From: Cyanophora paradoxa CCMP329
Taxonomy: Eukaryota > Plantae > Glaucophyta
Length of the DNA stretch: 64,000 nt
NCBI GenBank assembly: GCA_004431415.1
Contig: QPMI01000022.1
Span: forward strand, 434,001 to 498,000
Reading direction: 5' to 3'
Made by a program: the position numbers and the translations under genes
Part shown: in pieces, positions 35,572-56,703 of the stretch
How positions within the stretch are numbered: position 1 is the first letter of the stretch
Layout of the letters: each line of letters opens with the position of its first letter
The notes under the pieces: model-generated
Database searches by the model: none
Seen by the model: the letters and a program-made list of their open reading frames with translations, nothing else
What the model was told of the DNA's origin: nothing

Positions 35572-36388
35572 GTGGCCGAGCCGGGCTTGTGGCCCCGGCT
35601 GCGGCCGCCCGAGCGGCCCTTTTTTCGCCGCACGACCTTCGTGTCCGAGTCCTCGGCCGAGCGCGGCTTCGGGAAGTGCGCCACGGCGCCGATCTGCTTG
35701 CGCGAGATCGCCACGCGCCCCTTCAGGATGACGAACATTCGATCCGCGAGGTCCCCCTCCCGGAACACTGCGCCGCGGGGGCGGGGGCGAGGGCGAGGGC
35801 GACAGCGGTCAAGCCCGGCGCGCGCTGCGGGGCGGCGGCGGCGGGGCGGGGCGGACCGATCTCGCCCACGCCGAGCGACTTGAAGACGGCGTGGCGGCAG
35901 ACGTCCATGAGCGTCCGGTGGTCCAGGTTGCTGAAGACGTTCTTCTCCTTGAGGAAGCGCCCGAGCCGCTCCACCTCCTCCGGGTTCCGCTCCTCCGCCC
36001 GCTTCAGCATCTCCTCCTTGTTGAACCCGAGCTTGTTCTTTAGCGTGTTCACCGCCCGCTCCGCGGCGAGCACCGTCATCAGCCCGCCCAGCGCGCTCCC
36101 CGCCCGCACCAGCCTGCGCGCCCCCGCTCGGCGCCCGCGGCTTCGCAGGGGCGGCGCGCGGTCTCACCTCCTCGGGGTGCCAACCACGGCGATCGGTGCG
36201 ACGCTGGCCACCGGCGAGTTCGGCGCGGGAGGCTGCAGAAGCGCATTGCTGTCCTTCCTGCTCGACGTTGGGGCTTCTCGCGGCGACTGTGCGTTCTGGG
36301 GCTGCTGCTGCTGCTGCTGTTGCTGTTGCTGCTGCTGCGGCTGCACGCCTACAGCGGCCTGGACTTTCTTGCTAAGCGAGCGGATCAT
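32095..36388 (-). CDS. Cyclic nucleotide-binding domain protein (two cNBDs), multi-exon, poly-Gln N-terminus
   Basis: FSNLDHRTLMDVCRHAVFKSLGVGEI|VFREGDLADRMFVILKGRVAI; RNATVTCETDCEFLYI; second domain VVDKGSKARSVYFIKEGECSV...LSTGEYFGD; 3' end approximate. Confidence 0.75.
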
Positions 36389-36706
36389 ACTTAGCTATGG
36401 TCTGCGCTGGTGGTCAAGCGGTGCGGAATCCTGCTTTGATTGAAGCCCTAGGTCAAGGCAAGGCTACGTCGCTGCCTCCAGGCCCAGCACGCTCATGGGC
36501 GGTTCGCAGCGGGGGCGCAGCGGGGGCGTAGCTGGCGACAACCTGTGCACTACAGCTGAGATCTAGAAAACTAAAGGGGCCCAACCTCGGATAGGAGCCC
36601 TTCCAAAGCAGGCTGCACCGGAGATTAAGTGTACCCCTACGCCAACGCAGCCGCCGCAGCGTCGAAGCCAGACGCCTCCCAGCAGTTAGAGTGAAGTAAC
36701 GTGAAG

Positions 36707-39591
36707 ATGAACGGTAGCTCTAGGCACTTCAACCCACCCGGCTCGGGCATGCTGTCCCCGCACGCGACGGCGTCACTTTCCTCCGGCGCGCGGGCGGTGA
36801 CCGCTGGCACAGTGCACCCGCACCCAGTTCTTCCCGACATCCCTCAGCCGCGGTCCCCTGGGTCGTATTCACCAGGACCGACCGACTTCTGGGGTTCGCG
36901 AGCTTCCCCTTGACAGCACGCACCTGCAGCTGATCACCTTGCAGACACCGGCCGCTCTGGATTCACTTCCCCGCACAATATCACATCAGGACGCTTCGCT
37001 GGTGCGCTCCTGCACTCCCAGATGCGAACGCGCAATATTAGGTCGAGGCCTAGGCTCCGAGCGGTGGCTCCCGACGTGCAGCACCTGTCCCCGCGTTGCG
37101 CGCTCAGCGCTAACGCTTAGCAAGCGTGAGGTAGATCGAATCCGTCTGAGCGGGTTGCGTTCGCGGACGCAGAGCTGGGGGCCCGCATCACGGACCTGGA
37201 CTCCGACATCCAGAAGAAGCGCGAGCGCCAGGTTGCCAGGTGCGCTCTGACTTCCCGCATGCAACGCGCGAGCCCGGGCCGCGCGCGCGCCGAAGTCCGC
37301 CGCTTGCCGCAGGCACTACGACCGCGAGACGGTCAAGGGCGCCCTCGGAACCGTAACGCAGAGGTCCGCGGGCACACACGCGCGCGCAGCGTACGGCCGC
37401 TCGAGACCCAACTGACTCGCCCGGCGGCGCAGCGTGGGGGACGTCGCCTCGCGCCTCGCGTCCCTGGAGGAGCGCATGGGCCGCGGGGAGGCCCGTGCGC
37501 GCACTCCCCGGCCCCGCCCGGCTCCGCTCGGCTTCGATGCCGACGCCGGCGCCGACGCCGCGGCCCGCAGATGCGCAAGCCGAGAAGGACCGCCTCGAGT
37601 CGCTCGAGTCGCGCGTGTGGAAGGCGAGCGAGGCCGCCCCGCGCCGCCCCGCCGAGCCTCCGAGCGACCTCTTCCGGCCCGCACGATTACTGAAGCGGCG
37701 GCTCAGGTGATGGAGGAGCGCTTCAAGGCGCTGCTGGCGCGCTCGGACCAGGAGCGCGTCGACCGCGAGCACAACTCCCTCGAGCTCCGCAAGCGGTCTT
37801 TTCGAATTTGATCTCGAATACGATCCCGGCGAATTCGAATTTGATTCGCCCGGCAGGTGCGCGGCGCTGGAGGAGCAGGTGGGCGCCCTCCGCGCCGCGC
37901 TGGACGAGGAGCGGCGCTCCACGCGCGGCCTGGAGGCCCTCCTCGCCAAGACGAACGATCGCCTCGCCGAGGTACGGTACCCCCCTCCTCCTCCTTCCCC
38001 CCATATTCTTAGCCTGTTCCTATTCAGGTGTCCAGCGCGTCGAACGCGGAGCGCGCCAAGCGGGACGAGGAGGTGGCCGCCCAGTGCGTTCGGCGGCCCC
38101 TCTCCAGGCGCCCTGCGCCACACCAAGCTTAGAGTACCCCCCCAGGTTCCGGGGCGTCGCGGCGAACATGGCGAACCTCACGGGCGCCATCGACGCGGAG
38201 CGGGTCCGACCCCACCCACCTCCCTTCTCCGATCCGATCCGATCCGACGCGATTTGATCCAGGTGGCGCGGGAGAGGGACGGGGAGAAGGTGCGGGGCGG
38301 GCTCCTGCGGGAGCTGGACGACGTCCGGCGCCGCGTCGAGTCGGACCGGAAGGAGGCCCTCGCCGCCCGCGACGCCCTCGTCGCACCCCTCCACGCCGTG
38401 CGCCCCCCAAAAGCAAAGCCCAGCGAACCTAGAGCCGGAGGCGCTCTAAGCTTTGCCCCCCGTGCGCTGTGCTCTAAGCCCACGAACCTAGAACTCAGAG
38501 CTTTGAGCCGCGGGCGCCAGCGAGCCGGAAGCTTAGCGTTAGAGCTAAGCTCCGCCCCCGGCGCAGGAGCTGCGGGACCTGCGGGAGGCCCTCGAGCACG
38601 AGCGCCGCGCCCGCGACGCAGCCCTCCAGGCCGCCGCCTCCCGCGCCGCCGACCAGGTCCGCCCCGCCCCGCCCCGCCCCGCCCCGCCCCGCCGTTTACC
38701 CACGCCAAGCTGGCTAGCACGCCTTCTTCTGAGCTAGCAAGCTTCTTCTAGCACGCCTAGGGCGCGACGCCCCCGGCCGGCCGCCGTCTAAGATTGACCG
38801 CTCGCCGGCGGGCAGATGGCGGAGGTGCGGGGGCTGGTGCAGCGGGCGGAGCGGGCGGCGCGGGACGAGGCGGCGGGGCGGGCCAAGGCCGCGGAGGACG
38901 CGCTCGCCAAGGCGGCCTTCGCCGCCGAGCGCGAGCGCGAGGTCCGGGACCGCCTCCACCGCCAGGTCAGTGGCCGGCCGGGCAGGGGCTCAAAAGAGGG
39001 GTAGATAGATAGATAGATGGGTACAGAGCGGGACGCGTTCTTCTGTAGAGCGCCCGGGTCGGGGGCAGCAGGAGGGGCAGCGGCCTGGCCCGGCCGGGAG
39101 GGCCTAGGGCCCAGCCTAGTGCTCTCCTCCACCTGCTTCCTGCGGGGGCCGCCAGCGTGATCACGCCGCCCCCAACCGCCCCCCCTCAGGTGACGGAGGA
39201 GCTGGCGGCGGAGCGGTTCGCGCGGGAGCAGTCGGACGCGCGCCTAGCCGAGCTCCTTGACGCCGCCCTCCTCAAGCTCAAGCAGTGCGCCCGCCGCCCG
39301 CCGCCCCCGCCGCCCGTCCGCTGCTCGAGGTTTCAGGAGAGCATGGGCGCCTAGGCGCTTAGCGAACTAAAACCAAGGCTCTTCATTCCCTCTCGTCGGG
39401 TCTGACTATCTGGGCGGCAGGGGAATGGAGGGCCTCAACGCGCCCCCGCAGGCGGCGGGCCCGCCGCGCTCCGCGCCCCTCTCGCCGGCCCCGATGGGCA
39501 TGTCCACCACGGGCCGCTTCTCCAGCGGGGGGGCGGCCCCGCCCCCTCCGCGCACCGCCGGGCCCGCCTCGTTCGGGTTCAGCCCCCGCTG
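36707..39591 (+). CDS. Coiled-coil protein of unknown function, multi-exon
   Basis: Series of E/R/A/L-rich heptad exons bounded by GT/GC-AG introns; stop TGA at 39589-39591. Confidence 0.5.
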
Positions 39592-40065
39592 AGCCTAGCC
39601 TAGCCTGGCCTGGCCTGCTCGGGTTCTTGGAAGCCGGCGCCGGAAGCGCCCGAGCTCGCCCCGTTCAGACCTCCGCTTTTCCTGTACCCCGAGACGCTTT
39701 TTCTGTACTGCGAGATGCTTTTTCTGTACCTTGAGAGCAGTTTTTCCCTTAAATGTAACGGCACGAGCGCTAGCCGCGGTTCTTCACGCATGGCTTGCGA
39801 GGTCCTTCAGCAGGGCCCGCAGCTGTAGTATTGTGTACGCTCAGGCGGCCCCGCTACAGCGCCGCGGCGCGACCGCCCACTTTTTCCTCAGTATCATAGT
39901 ATTATAGTATCGCGATCGACGATGTGATTGTTAGCTTTAAAAAGCAGATGCCATGATGCATGGTGACGAATATACAGAAGACGCTGCCTAATAGCTGTGG
40001 CCTGCCCTACGCTGCCCTGTTTGGCTGCCGCTATCTAAATCTGGAACCCGCCGGACGCGCCCTGA

Positions 40066-40848
40066 TCAGCCGCCCGTCATGATGTTCACGTACTCGAGGT
40101 AGTTGATGAGGCCCGTGTTGTCCGGGTCAACCTGGCAATTAGCGGCAGCTCAGCCCGGTCAATTTCAAGGCACGAGCGCAGGGGCGCATGCGCACCTGGG
40201 CGAGGAGCTCCTGGGCCTCCTCCTTGGAGAGCTTGTCCTGCCCGTACGTCGTGAGCGCCTTCTCGACGTCGCCCGTGCGAACGAAGCCCGGCGGCGTCCC
40301 CTTCTCGAAGACCTGCACGCCCGCGGGCCCCCGCCCGCTCGGATGCCTTCGTGCGGCGGCGGCGCCGAGGCAGAGCGCGCGCACCTTGAAGGCGGCCTTG
40401 ACCTGCTCCGGAGTGTACGCCGGCTGCGCTTTCCTCGACATCACGTAGACGAACTCTGCGGCGCGCCGCGTGAGCCGCTCGGCTCGCGGCCGACGCCGAG
40501 CAGAGCGGTGGGCTGCACCGTCGAAATCGATCTCCCCGTTACCGTCCTGGTCGATCTCAGCGACCATCGCGTCGAGCTCCTCCTGCACACGCGCGGGCAG
40601 ACAGCGGCCAGCGTCAGCCAGCGCAGCAGGCGGGTGGGCGGGCTGAAGGGCACCTGGCTGGGCCTCAAGCCGAGCGTGTGCATAAGCTGGCCTAGCTCTT
40701 CCTTGCTGATGGAGCCGCCGTGGTCGACATCGACCTGGAAATAGAGCGCTCGGAAGCAGCGCGGACAGGAGAGGGCGCAGGGATGCCGCACCAGGTTGAA
40801 GATCTCCCTAAACTCCGCAATCTCCTGCTCTGACAGGCCATGCGGCAT
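40066..40848 (-). CDS. Calmodulin-like EF-hand protein, resembling outer-arm dynein light chain 4 (18 kDa)
   Basis: Spliced: MPHGLSEQEIAEFREIFNL|VDVDHGGSISKEEL...|...IDQDGNGEIDFD|EFVYVMSRK...|VFEKGTPPG...|VDPDNTGLINYLEYVNIMTGG*. Confidence 0.85.
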
Positions 40849-41045
40849 CCTGGCGGGCTAGAGGTGCTCGACGTTGCTGTTGCAGGCGTGGTGGGGAGTG
40901 GCGCAAGCCCTTGTAGATACCGCCTCCGAGCGTGCTAAGTGTCGCTGCTGCTTGCAGGTAGCGCTGTTTGCTCGCAGGTCTTTTTGGTTCTGGGTACAGG
41001 ATCACAACTGCCAAAAAAATGAACCGTGCTCCGGCGCCCGGCAAC

Positions 41046-41337
41046 ATGAGCAAGATGCAGGCGGCGCAGCAGGAGATGGAGGCGGTGTCTGATATGTACA
41101 ACAAGTTCGCCACCTGCCCCGCCCACCCTCGTTCCGCGTGACGCCCCGCGCGATCCGCAGCTCACGCGCGATCTTTGCTTACGCAGAATGGTGGAGACGT
41201 GCTTCAAGAAGTGCGTGGGGGCGAAGCACTCGGAGTCCGACCTGAACAGCGCCGAGGAGACCTGCCTCGATCGATGCGTCGAGAAGTACGTGGAGGCGCA
41301 CAACAAAGTGGGCCAGGTCATGGCGGGCACCCGATAG
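41046..41337 (+). CDS. TIM10: Mitochondrial small Tim chaperone (Tim10-like)
   Basis: AAQQEMEAVSDMYNK|MVETCFKKC...ETCLDRCVEKY, twin CX3C; one intron; divergent from the EF-hand gene. Confidence 0.85.
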
Positions 41338-41929
41338 GCTCGCGCACCGGTTCGCCCACTCACGAGCACCCGCCCTCCGCGCTTGCGAACGGCGAGGGAG
41401 GAAGCTCCTTAGCTAAGCTGTCTAGGTAGCTAGATCCCTCGCGTGCGATGCCGTTCTCCCCCGCGCCGCTTCCCTTCCGCCCTTCGAGCCCGATCTCCCC
41501 CAGCCTCGAGGCCTCGGACTCCCAGCGCAGCGCGCGCGTTCCTCTGAAGCATGTGGAGTAGCGAATATGTAAGCTTTGTTTTTACAATGATAGTTTCCTA
41601 GTGCCGCAGCTCGAATGCGGATGCGCTGGCGCCGGCCCAGCCGCAGCGTCCGAAGGCAGCAGCAGCTCATGATCACTCGGGCATCTAGATCTGGAGCTCG
41701 GGGGGGTTGAGGATTGGGGCGCGTTCTGGCGACTTCGCGATCACGTATGAAGCTCGGCTGCCGGGGGCGTTGAACATGTCAGCGTCTCTGGCCGGGCCAT
41801 GCCATTCGGATCTAGTTCTGGAGCCGACCGAACCCGACTCTCTCGATCGGCGAGACTGCGTGCAGCTTTTGCGTCGCCATTCTTAATTATACTGGTATCG
41901 ACAAGAAGAACAGGGACGGGGGGTCAGAT

Positions 41930-43874
41930 CTAGAACTCCTCCTCGCCGTCGACCGCCGAGACTTGCTGGCCGAGCGCGTACGCCTCGAAGTCCTGCGGGG
42001 CGGGGCGGGGCGGGGCGGTCAGGAGGGGCGGCCCCGGCGGGGTCTGGTCGGGGCGGAGGGACGGGCGTACGTCGATCTCGTCCTCGACGTACGTGTTCTC
42101 GGCTCCCAGGAGCCGCGGCTCCTCCTCCTCGGCGCCGAAGATCGAGCTCAGCAGGCCCGTCACGCCGCCCGACTGCTGCTGCTGCGGCTGCTGCTGCGCC
42201 GCCGGCTGCGCCTGCGCCTGCGCCTGCGCCTGCGCCGCGCCCGCCGAGGAGTCCTGCGAGGCGCCCGTCCTGCGAGGCGCGCGCGTGCGCGCGTGAGCGC
42301 GGGCTGCGGCGGCGCGAGGCGGAGGGAGCTGGGCCGCCGCACCCGCTGCTGCCTGCGCGGTCGCGGCCGCTGCCGCGCCCGAGCCGGAGCCGGAGCCCGA
42401 GCCCGAGCCGGAGGCGCCGCCGAAGAGGTTATTGAAGAGGTTGTCGATCGCATTCGACGAGGAGGCGCCGCCCGACGAGGCGCCTGCACCCGCCTGCGGC
42501 TGCTGCTGCGCCGGCGCCTGCTGCGCCTGCGCCTGCGGCTGCGCCGTCTCCGCCGCCGGCTGCTGCGTTGTCTGCGCCGCCGCCGGCTGCTGCTGCTGCT
42601 GCTGCTCGGGCTGCTGCGTGGAGCCGGAGCCGCCGCCGACGAGGGAGGAGAGCTGGCCCCAGCCCCAGCCGAGGGCCTGCTGGGCCCCGCTGGCGACCGC
42701 GTCGGCGGCCCCCTTCGCGGCGCCCTCGACGCTGCTCGCCGCCTGCGAGGCGCCCGACGCGAGCGCGCTGCCGGCCTCCGAGGCCAGGCTACCCGCCTTC
42801 TCCGCCGCCTGGGACGCCCCGCTCGCCACCGCGCCCGCCGCCGCTGCAGTCGCCGACGGCAGTCAGGCGGCTTCGGAGCGAGAGGAAGAGCGAGAAGGGG
42901 CTCACTGTTGACGGCGTTGGTGGCCTCGGTGGCGGCGCTGGAGGCTGCCTGCGTGATCGCGTTGCCGGCGTCGCTCAGCGCCGTCGAGGCCGCCTGGTAG
43001 GCCGAGTTCGCCGTGTTGGCGATGGCGTTCCCCGCCGAGTCGATGGCCGAGGACGCGGCGTTGACCGCGCTGCTGGCGGCGTTCTGCAGCGCCTCGCCCG
43101 CCGAGTTCACCGCCCCCGCGGCGGCGCTGCCGGCGCTCTCCGCGGCGCTCCTCACCGCGTCGATAGTCTGCTGCACCTGGTTGCCTCCATCCTGGCCGGC
43201 GTTGCCGCTCGGCTGCTGCTCCTGGGCTGGCTGCTGCGCTGCCGGCTGCGCCGCGCCGCTGGCCGCGGAATCGCTGGCCGCAGTGCCGCTGGCCGCGGTG
43301 CCGCTGGCCGACGAGTTTGACATGTTCAAAAGGGAGGGGAGCTTGAGGTCGTTCACGGCGGACTGCTGCTCGGCGGCGGATCAGCGCTAGAGGGGTGCGA
43401 AAGGGGCGAGGAGCCTTGTCGGACGAACCACGGCCTGGGCGCCCGACTGCGCAGCCGACTGCGCGGCGGAAACGAGCTCCTTGACGCCGTCGACCGCCGC
43501 CTGGCCCGCGGAGGAAACGGTGGAGGCGACCGACTTGAGGTCCTTGGACCTGCTGGCCTGGGTGGATTCGGTGGATTCTCCCTGCACATCCCCGACGCTG
43601 CGGGAAACGACGTTGCTCGATTCGCTTGGTGTGGCGGATTGCGCCGGGTCTCCACCAGTCTTCGGGGCTTGCTGGTCCGCGGTGCGCGGGGCTGTTGTCG
43701 TCTCCGTCGTCTCCGGCTTCGCCTCGACTTCCGCCTCGGCCGACCCTGCCTGCTGCTGCGCAGCGGCCTGCTGGCCGACGATCTGCGGTGCGGGTTGGCG
43801 GCAGGAGACGCACGGGAGCTGGGCGCGTAGGGAACGAGACCCACCGTTGGCGACTCGGGCGGTACTTTCGGCAT
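41930..43874 (-). CDS. Ala/Ser/Gln-rich low-complexity protein, multi-exon; start uncertain
   Basis: Long Ala/Gln-rich frames (AVNAASSAIDSAGNAIANTANSAYQ; QQQPAAAQ) joined by short introns; ends VDGEEEF*. Confidence 0.55.
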
Positions 43875-44809
43875 GGATTACGGTTGGAAATGAAGTGTAG
43901 ACTCGACAAAATCGCTCAGGCCGGCGGGCTGCTGACTTCGAGGAGGTACGAGCTCTTTTTCAGTGCCGCGTGCGTGCTATGTGCAGGCAAGACGATGGTG
44001 GTGTCCGTTCAGGTGTGCTGGTGCCTTCGATGCGCTCGGGGGCCGGCTTTTCGTGCCGTGGTCTGGGCTCCTAGTCTCCTCTTTGTTCAGGGGGGTACGC
44101 GGCGAAGAAGGTGAACGAGCCCCTATCAGGGATGCACGCATGCCGCGCCGCCGACCGCGGCCGGCGCTCTATATTGCTAGATCTCTCGGAATCCGCGTCG
44201 CGGCCGCGGCGCGCGGCCGCCGGGCCGCCCGGCGGCCGGGCGCTCTGGCTGGCCATATGCATGGCGCGCGCTAGCGCTGCAGCTGGGCTGCAGCTAGCGC
44301 TGGCCATGGCTGCTGCTAGCGCTGCGCGCTGCGCATGCATATGCCAGGCGGTTAGGTTGCAGAGACGCCGAGCCGCGGCCGCTGCGACTCGGCGACGCGC
44401 GGCGCGCGCGCGTCGCTGTACATGCACAGCTGCAGAGCTCGCGATGCATATGGAGCAGGCGCTGGCGGCCGCGGCCGCGAGCTCGAGTCCCGCCGGGCCG
44501 CGATATCGATACTGCACATGTCCGGTGCCGGCGCCGGGCCCAGGCCTAGGCCTAGGGCGCCGCGGGGACGTCCGTGATCGATCTAGATCGAGACGAGCGC
44601 GCGGTGCGCATGCCGCACTGCGGCAGTGCGGACGGTCGGCGCCGCCTGCCGGGCCAGCACCGTACGCGTGGCACCACTGCGCCGTACGCGTGCACGTAAT
44701 TCCGAGTTCGATCGCGAGATGGTCGCCGCGGCCGCGGCGCCGGCGCGCGCGAATCGCGATCGCCGACTCGACGTCGACGCGACGACGTCCGACGGTCCTA
44801 GCTATAGCT

Positions 44810-46185
44810 TTTTTTTTTTCACAAAGCCCGGCTGGGCGTTTTTGTATTGGTCAAGAGCCACATATGTAACCCCCGCGCGGGTATGTCCCGCGCTGGGTCA
44901 GTCGTTGCTAGTAGGGCTGGAACCTACCCTAACTGCTTACGCGACGGCGCCTCCAGGGGGGGGGGGGGAGGGGGGCGCCGGCGACGTGAGGGGTGGGGCG
45001 GTGAGAGGGGGGGGGGTCACGGGGGCGGGGGCCGCGGGTGAGGGGGCCTGGGGGGGAGAGCATGGGGGGGAGGGGCTTGGGGGGGGGGCTTGGGCGTGCC
45101 CGTAGGGGGGCTTGGCGGGGGGGGCGGAGTGGGCTCTGAGCCGGGCCAGGGGGGCGTAAGGGGGGGCGGAGGGGGCCGTGCGCGCGGGGGGAGGGGGGTG
45201 GGGGGGGGGTGCGCGGGTTCCTGTGAGGAGCATGCGTGAGGTCATGGGGCGGAATCGTGTGCCGGGCGTTAGGAACGGGGGGGGGGGGGTAGCAGGGGGT
45301 TCGTAGGGGGGGTGAAGGGAGCGTGGGCATTGACACATACCAGAGAGAAAAGAAATGAAAGGGAAAGGTGGAATATTAGAAAGGGCTTTGGTAAGAAATG
45401 AGAGAGAGAGAATGGGGGACCGTATACGTATGCAGGGTAAGAGGGGTCAATTGGAAAGGGCGGGGGCCGCGCGCGCTAGAACTAGACGTGGGGTGCACGC
45501 GGTCACCGGGTGGGGTACACGGGGTGGGGACGTGGCCAGGGGGGGGGGACTTGGCGGGGTACGCGTTGCGCCCAGGGCGGCCGGGGGGTCTTGGGGCTGG
45601 GCCAGCGCTAGTGGGGGGAACCTGGGGCGGAGCCGACGGGGCCGGGCAGGCGACTTGCTGGGGGGGGGGGCAGCGGCGGCCGGGGAGGCCGTTTCAGCTT
45701 CTTGGGAGGCGTTGGCGGGGGACGGGAGGGCCAGAAGCCTCGGGCGGGCGGAACCCCTCAGGCTCGGACCCCGCGGGGGAGGTCGCCATCGGCTCCTGCA
45801 GCCCTAGTGGCCCGGGCCGTGGGACGGGACAGCCATGGCGGGCCCTATCGGTCGCGGCGGAGGACGGGGACTCGGCGTCGAGGGCGAGTTCCGCCACATT
45901 CGAAGCGGTGGCGGGAGACCATCGGCCGGCAACGGCCTGTCTGGGAGCGTGAAGGAGGGCGCCGAAGGTGATTCCGGAGAGCGAGGAGGACAATGCGGCT
46001 GGACGCTGCGGTCGGGCTGGCCTACGGAGCTAGTTCGGTCGTGCGGGGTCGGAGGGCAACGCTGACGCGAGTTTTGGGCACGGCTGTGTCCCTGCAGCGC
46101 TCGCAGGCACCGGAATTCCGGGAGCCCCGCTGCGCCGGCCTACTCGCTCGCGCGTCGTGCTTTTTTCCGTACCCCTCTCCGCGTC
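44810..46185 (-). mobile_element. Non-autonomous non-LTR retroelement (SINE-like or deleted LINE) with poly(A) tail
   Basis: T run at ~44809-44819 (poly-A on the minus strand); flanked by 15-bp direct repeat GTCCTAGCTATAGCT at 44795-44809 and 46186-46200; strong G/C skew; no RT motif. Confidence 0.65.
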
Positions 46186-47968
46186 GTCCTAGCTATAGCT
46201 ATATATATAGGTCTAGTTCCGTGATCCCGGAGTCCGCCGTGCGCTGCACTGCGGCATGCGCGCGCAGCTGGCACTGCAGCTGCCTGGCCATGGCAGGCAA
46301 GCGCTGTATCATACTATGATAGTATACGTAGGCCGTACCGTAGTACTACGGTACTGCAGGCAGTGGCAGCCTGCAGGCTGCAGGCACTGCATGGCAGCCT
46401 GGCATGCGCACTGGCAGTGCGCATGCTGGTACATGTGCATGCTACGGTAGAAATTAAATGGTTGCGATCGCCCGGCGGCCGCGTGGCGGCGCGAATCATT
46501 TGCCAAGTTGAATCGCGCCGCGCGCGCTCTGGATCCGAATCATCCGATCCGCCGTACGCGTGCGCTGCGCATACGGCCGGCGGCTCAGCCGCAGTGCGCA
46601 TGCAGCTGGCAGAGCCTGGCACCGTGGCACGTGCATGCGCACTGTGCACCGTGGCCCAGTGGCGCCGGCAGTGCCGGCGCCACGGTGGTGGCACTGCCTG
46701 CGCATGCGCATGCCGCTCACCGAGTCATGATCAGCGGCTGGCCATGCATATGGCATATGCATGCCGCAGTGCGCACTGGCGGCGGCAGCTGCCGCAGTGC
46801 AGGCTAGCGATGTATACGTAGGCCGTACTATAGCTACGGTAGCCTAGTAATTATAATGCACTGCAGCCTGCAGCTGCGCATGCAGGCACTGGGCCACTGG
46901 CAGCCTGGCACTGCCGCAGCTGGCAGTGCTGGCACTTGAATTTTAGTCTTGAAATCGCCACGCTGTAAATGTGCTGGCAACCTTAAGCTTATCGCCAGTT
47001 GGCGAACCACCTGTACCCCCCACAAAAAAGGCCGCGTGCCTGAAATTCGGGAGCGCGCGAGCGATCTCAGCGGATCGCTGTAGGCGTAGCCTCTCCCAGA
47101 CCAGCCAGCCAGCTTCCAGCCGGAAGCTTAGGCCCAGCAGCCTTGACTAGGTGGGCGTGTTGTCACTCGCAAGCTTGACCATTAGCCCCATTATCGTGCC
47201 CGAGCTCACGGTTGACAACTGCAGTTCGTTGCTGGTAGCCCGTCCAAGCGTCTTGTCCCGTTTCGGTTATCTTTGGCGTCCCTTTCTGGAGGAACTTCGA
47301 AGGTCGGCCAGCGTGTCGTGCTCCGAAGGCTTAGGCGCTCGATGTATCGGCTGAGAGCATCCTTTACATTCATTTGCATGTCTCTGACGCGCCGCGGACG
47401 CAGGAGTGCGGACCGTGATTGAATCGGCTGTCTACCGAGTCCAGCGTGCACGGCAGTCTCTGCTCTTTCGGGTTCGTCCAAACAGAGTCATTCGTGATGC
47501 TCTAGATCTTACAGAGTCCGTCGGGAGCATGCGCTCTGCAGGACTTGTCATGCGTTGGAAGTTGCCGAGTAGCCAGGACCCAACGACGCATGCATCGGGC
47601 GCTGATGAGTGTCTTCTGTGCGTAGTGCAGGTGGAGAGCACTCCAGCGCCAGTTGGCGCCCGAGTTCGGAGTCCCGCGCCCTCCCCGAGTGGCCGCTGAC
47701 TGTCCGTCCCCTGCCTACCTATCCATCTTTGCCGCCCTCGGGCTGTGCTTACGGGAGTGCGCTTGCAGTCGGACCGGTGTTACGGGGTCGGCCCATCGTA
47801 ACACTCCGGTTAGCGCGAAGCTCAGCCGAGTCGGCTCTCACGCGCCCTGCTCACGCGTGTCTCAGGGCTTGCGTCGCATGATCCCGGAGATGGTAACTGA
47901 TGCAAGATAGACAGATCGCATCACAGGCCATGCCTAACAGAGTTCCGCAGTTGAGGCTACACTCCACT

Positions 47969-56050
<8,082 letters not shown>

Positions 56051-56703
56051 TCCGGCCCGGCACGCGTGACGCGCGCCCCGGGCGCGCGCCCGTCCGCCAC
56101 CAAACACCCCCCTCACCCACCCCTCTCCCCCTGCGCCGCGCATCGCTACTTTGTTTAGCCCATATTCGCTTCAGTTGTTGCATGATTAGGCAGGTTTTGC
56201 GCCTCGCACCGCTTTCTCCATCTATTTTTTCAAAGCGTACGTCGTGTATCTCGCTCCTCTGGAGCTTATCTTGCAGCACGTCGACGGTGACCGCCAGCAG
56301 CCTTAGGCACAGCGCCCACCATTCGCCCAGTATACAGCTTTAGCCTGGCCCTTCGATATACGTGTTTACTTTGATAACGATGTATTTAGCAGTGCATTGA
56401 GCCAGTTTGCGGCTGCAGCCGCGCGCCTTGGCCCTCGCTGGCAGAGACACTGCTCAGCACCTTGTGGGCCCCTTCCGAAGTTCCGCTGCTACGGACGCTG
56501 CAGTCCGTCCCATTACAAAGCATAGAATCGATATCATGAGTGCATTGTCCACATATGCGTATGCAGAATCCTCTGAAGAGGAGTCAAATTTGATCTGGAG
56601 CTGCCTGAGCGCCGTGTCTACCCCTAAACGCCCAGGTTGAATTCCGAGCGCGCGCGCAGCCAGCGCTGGCAAGGCAGCTCAGCGCTAGCGTATAGCTCGA
56701 GCG

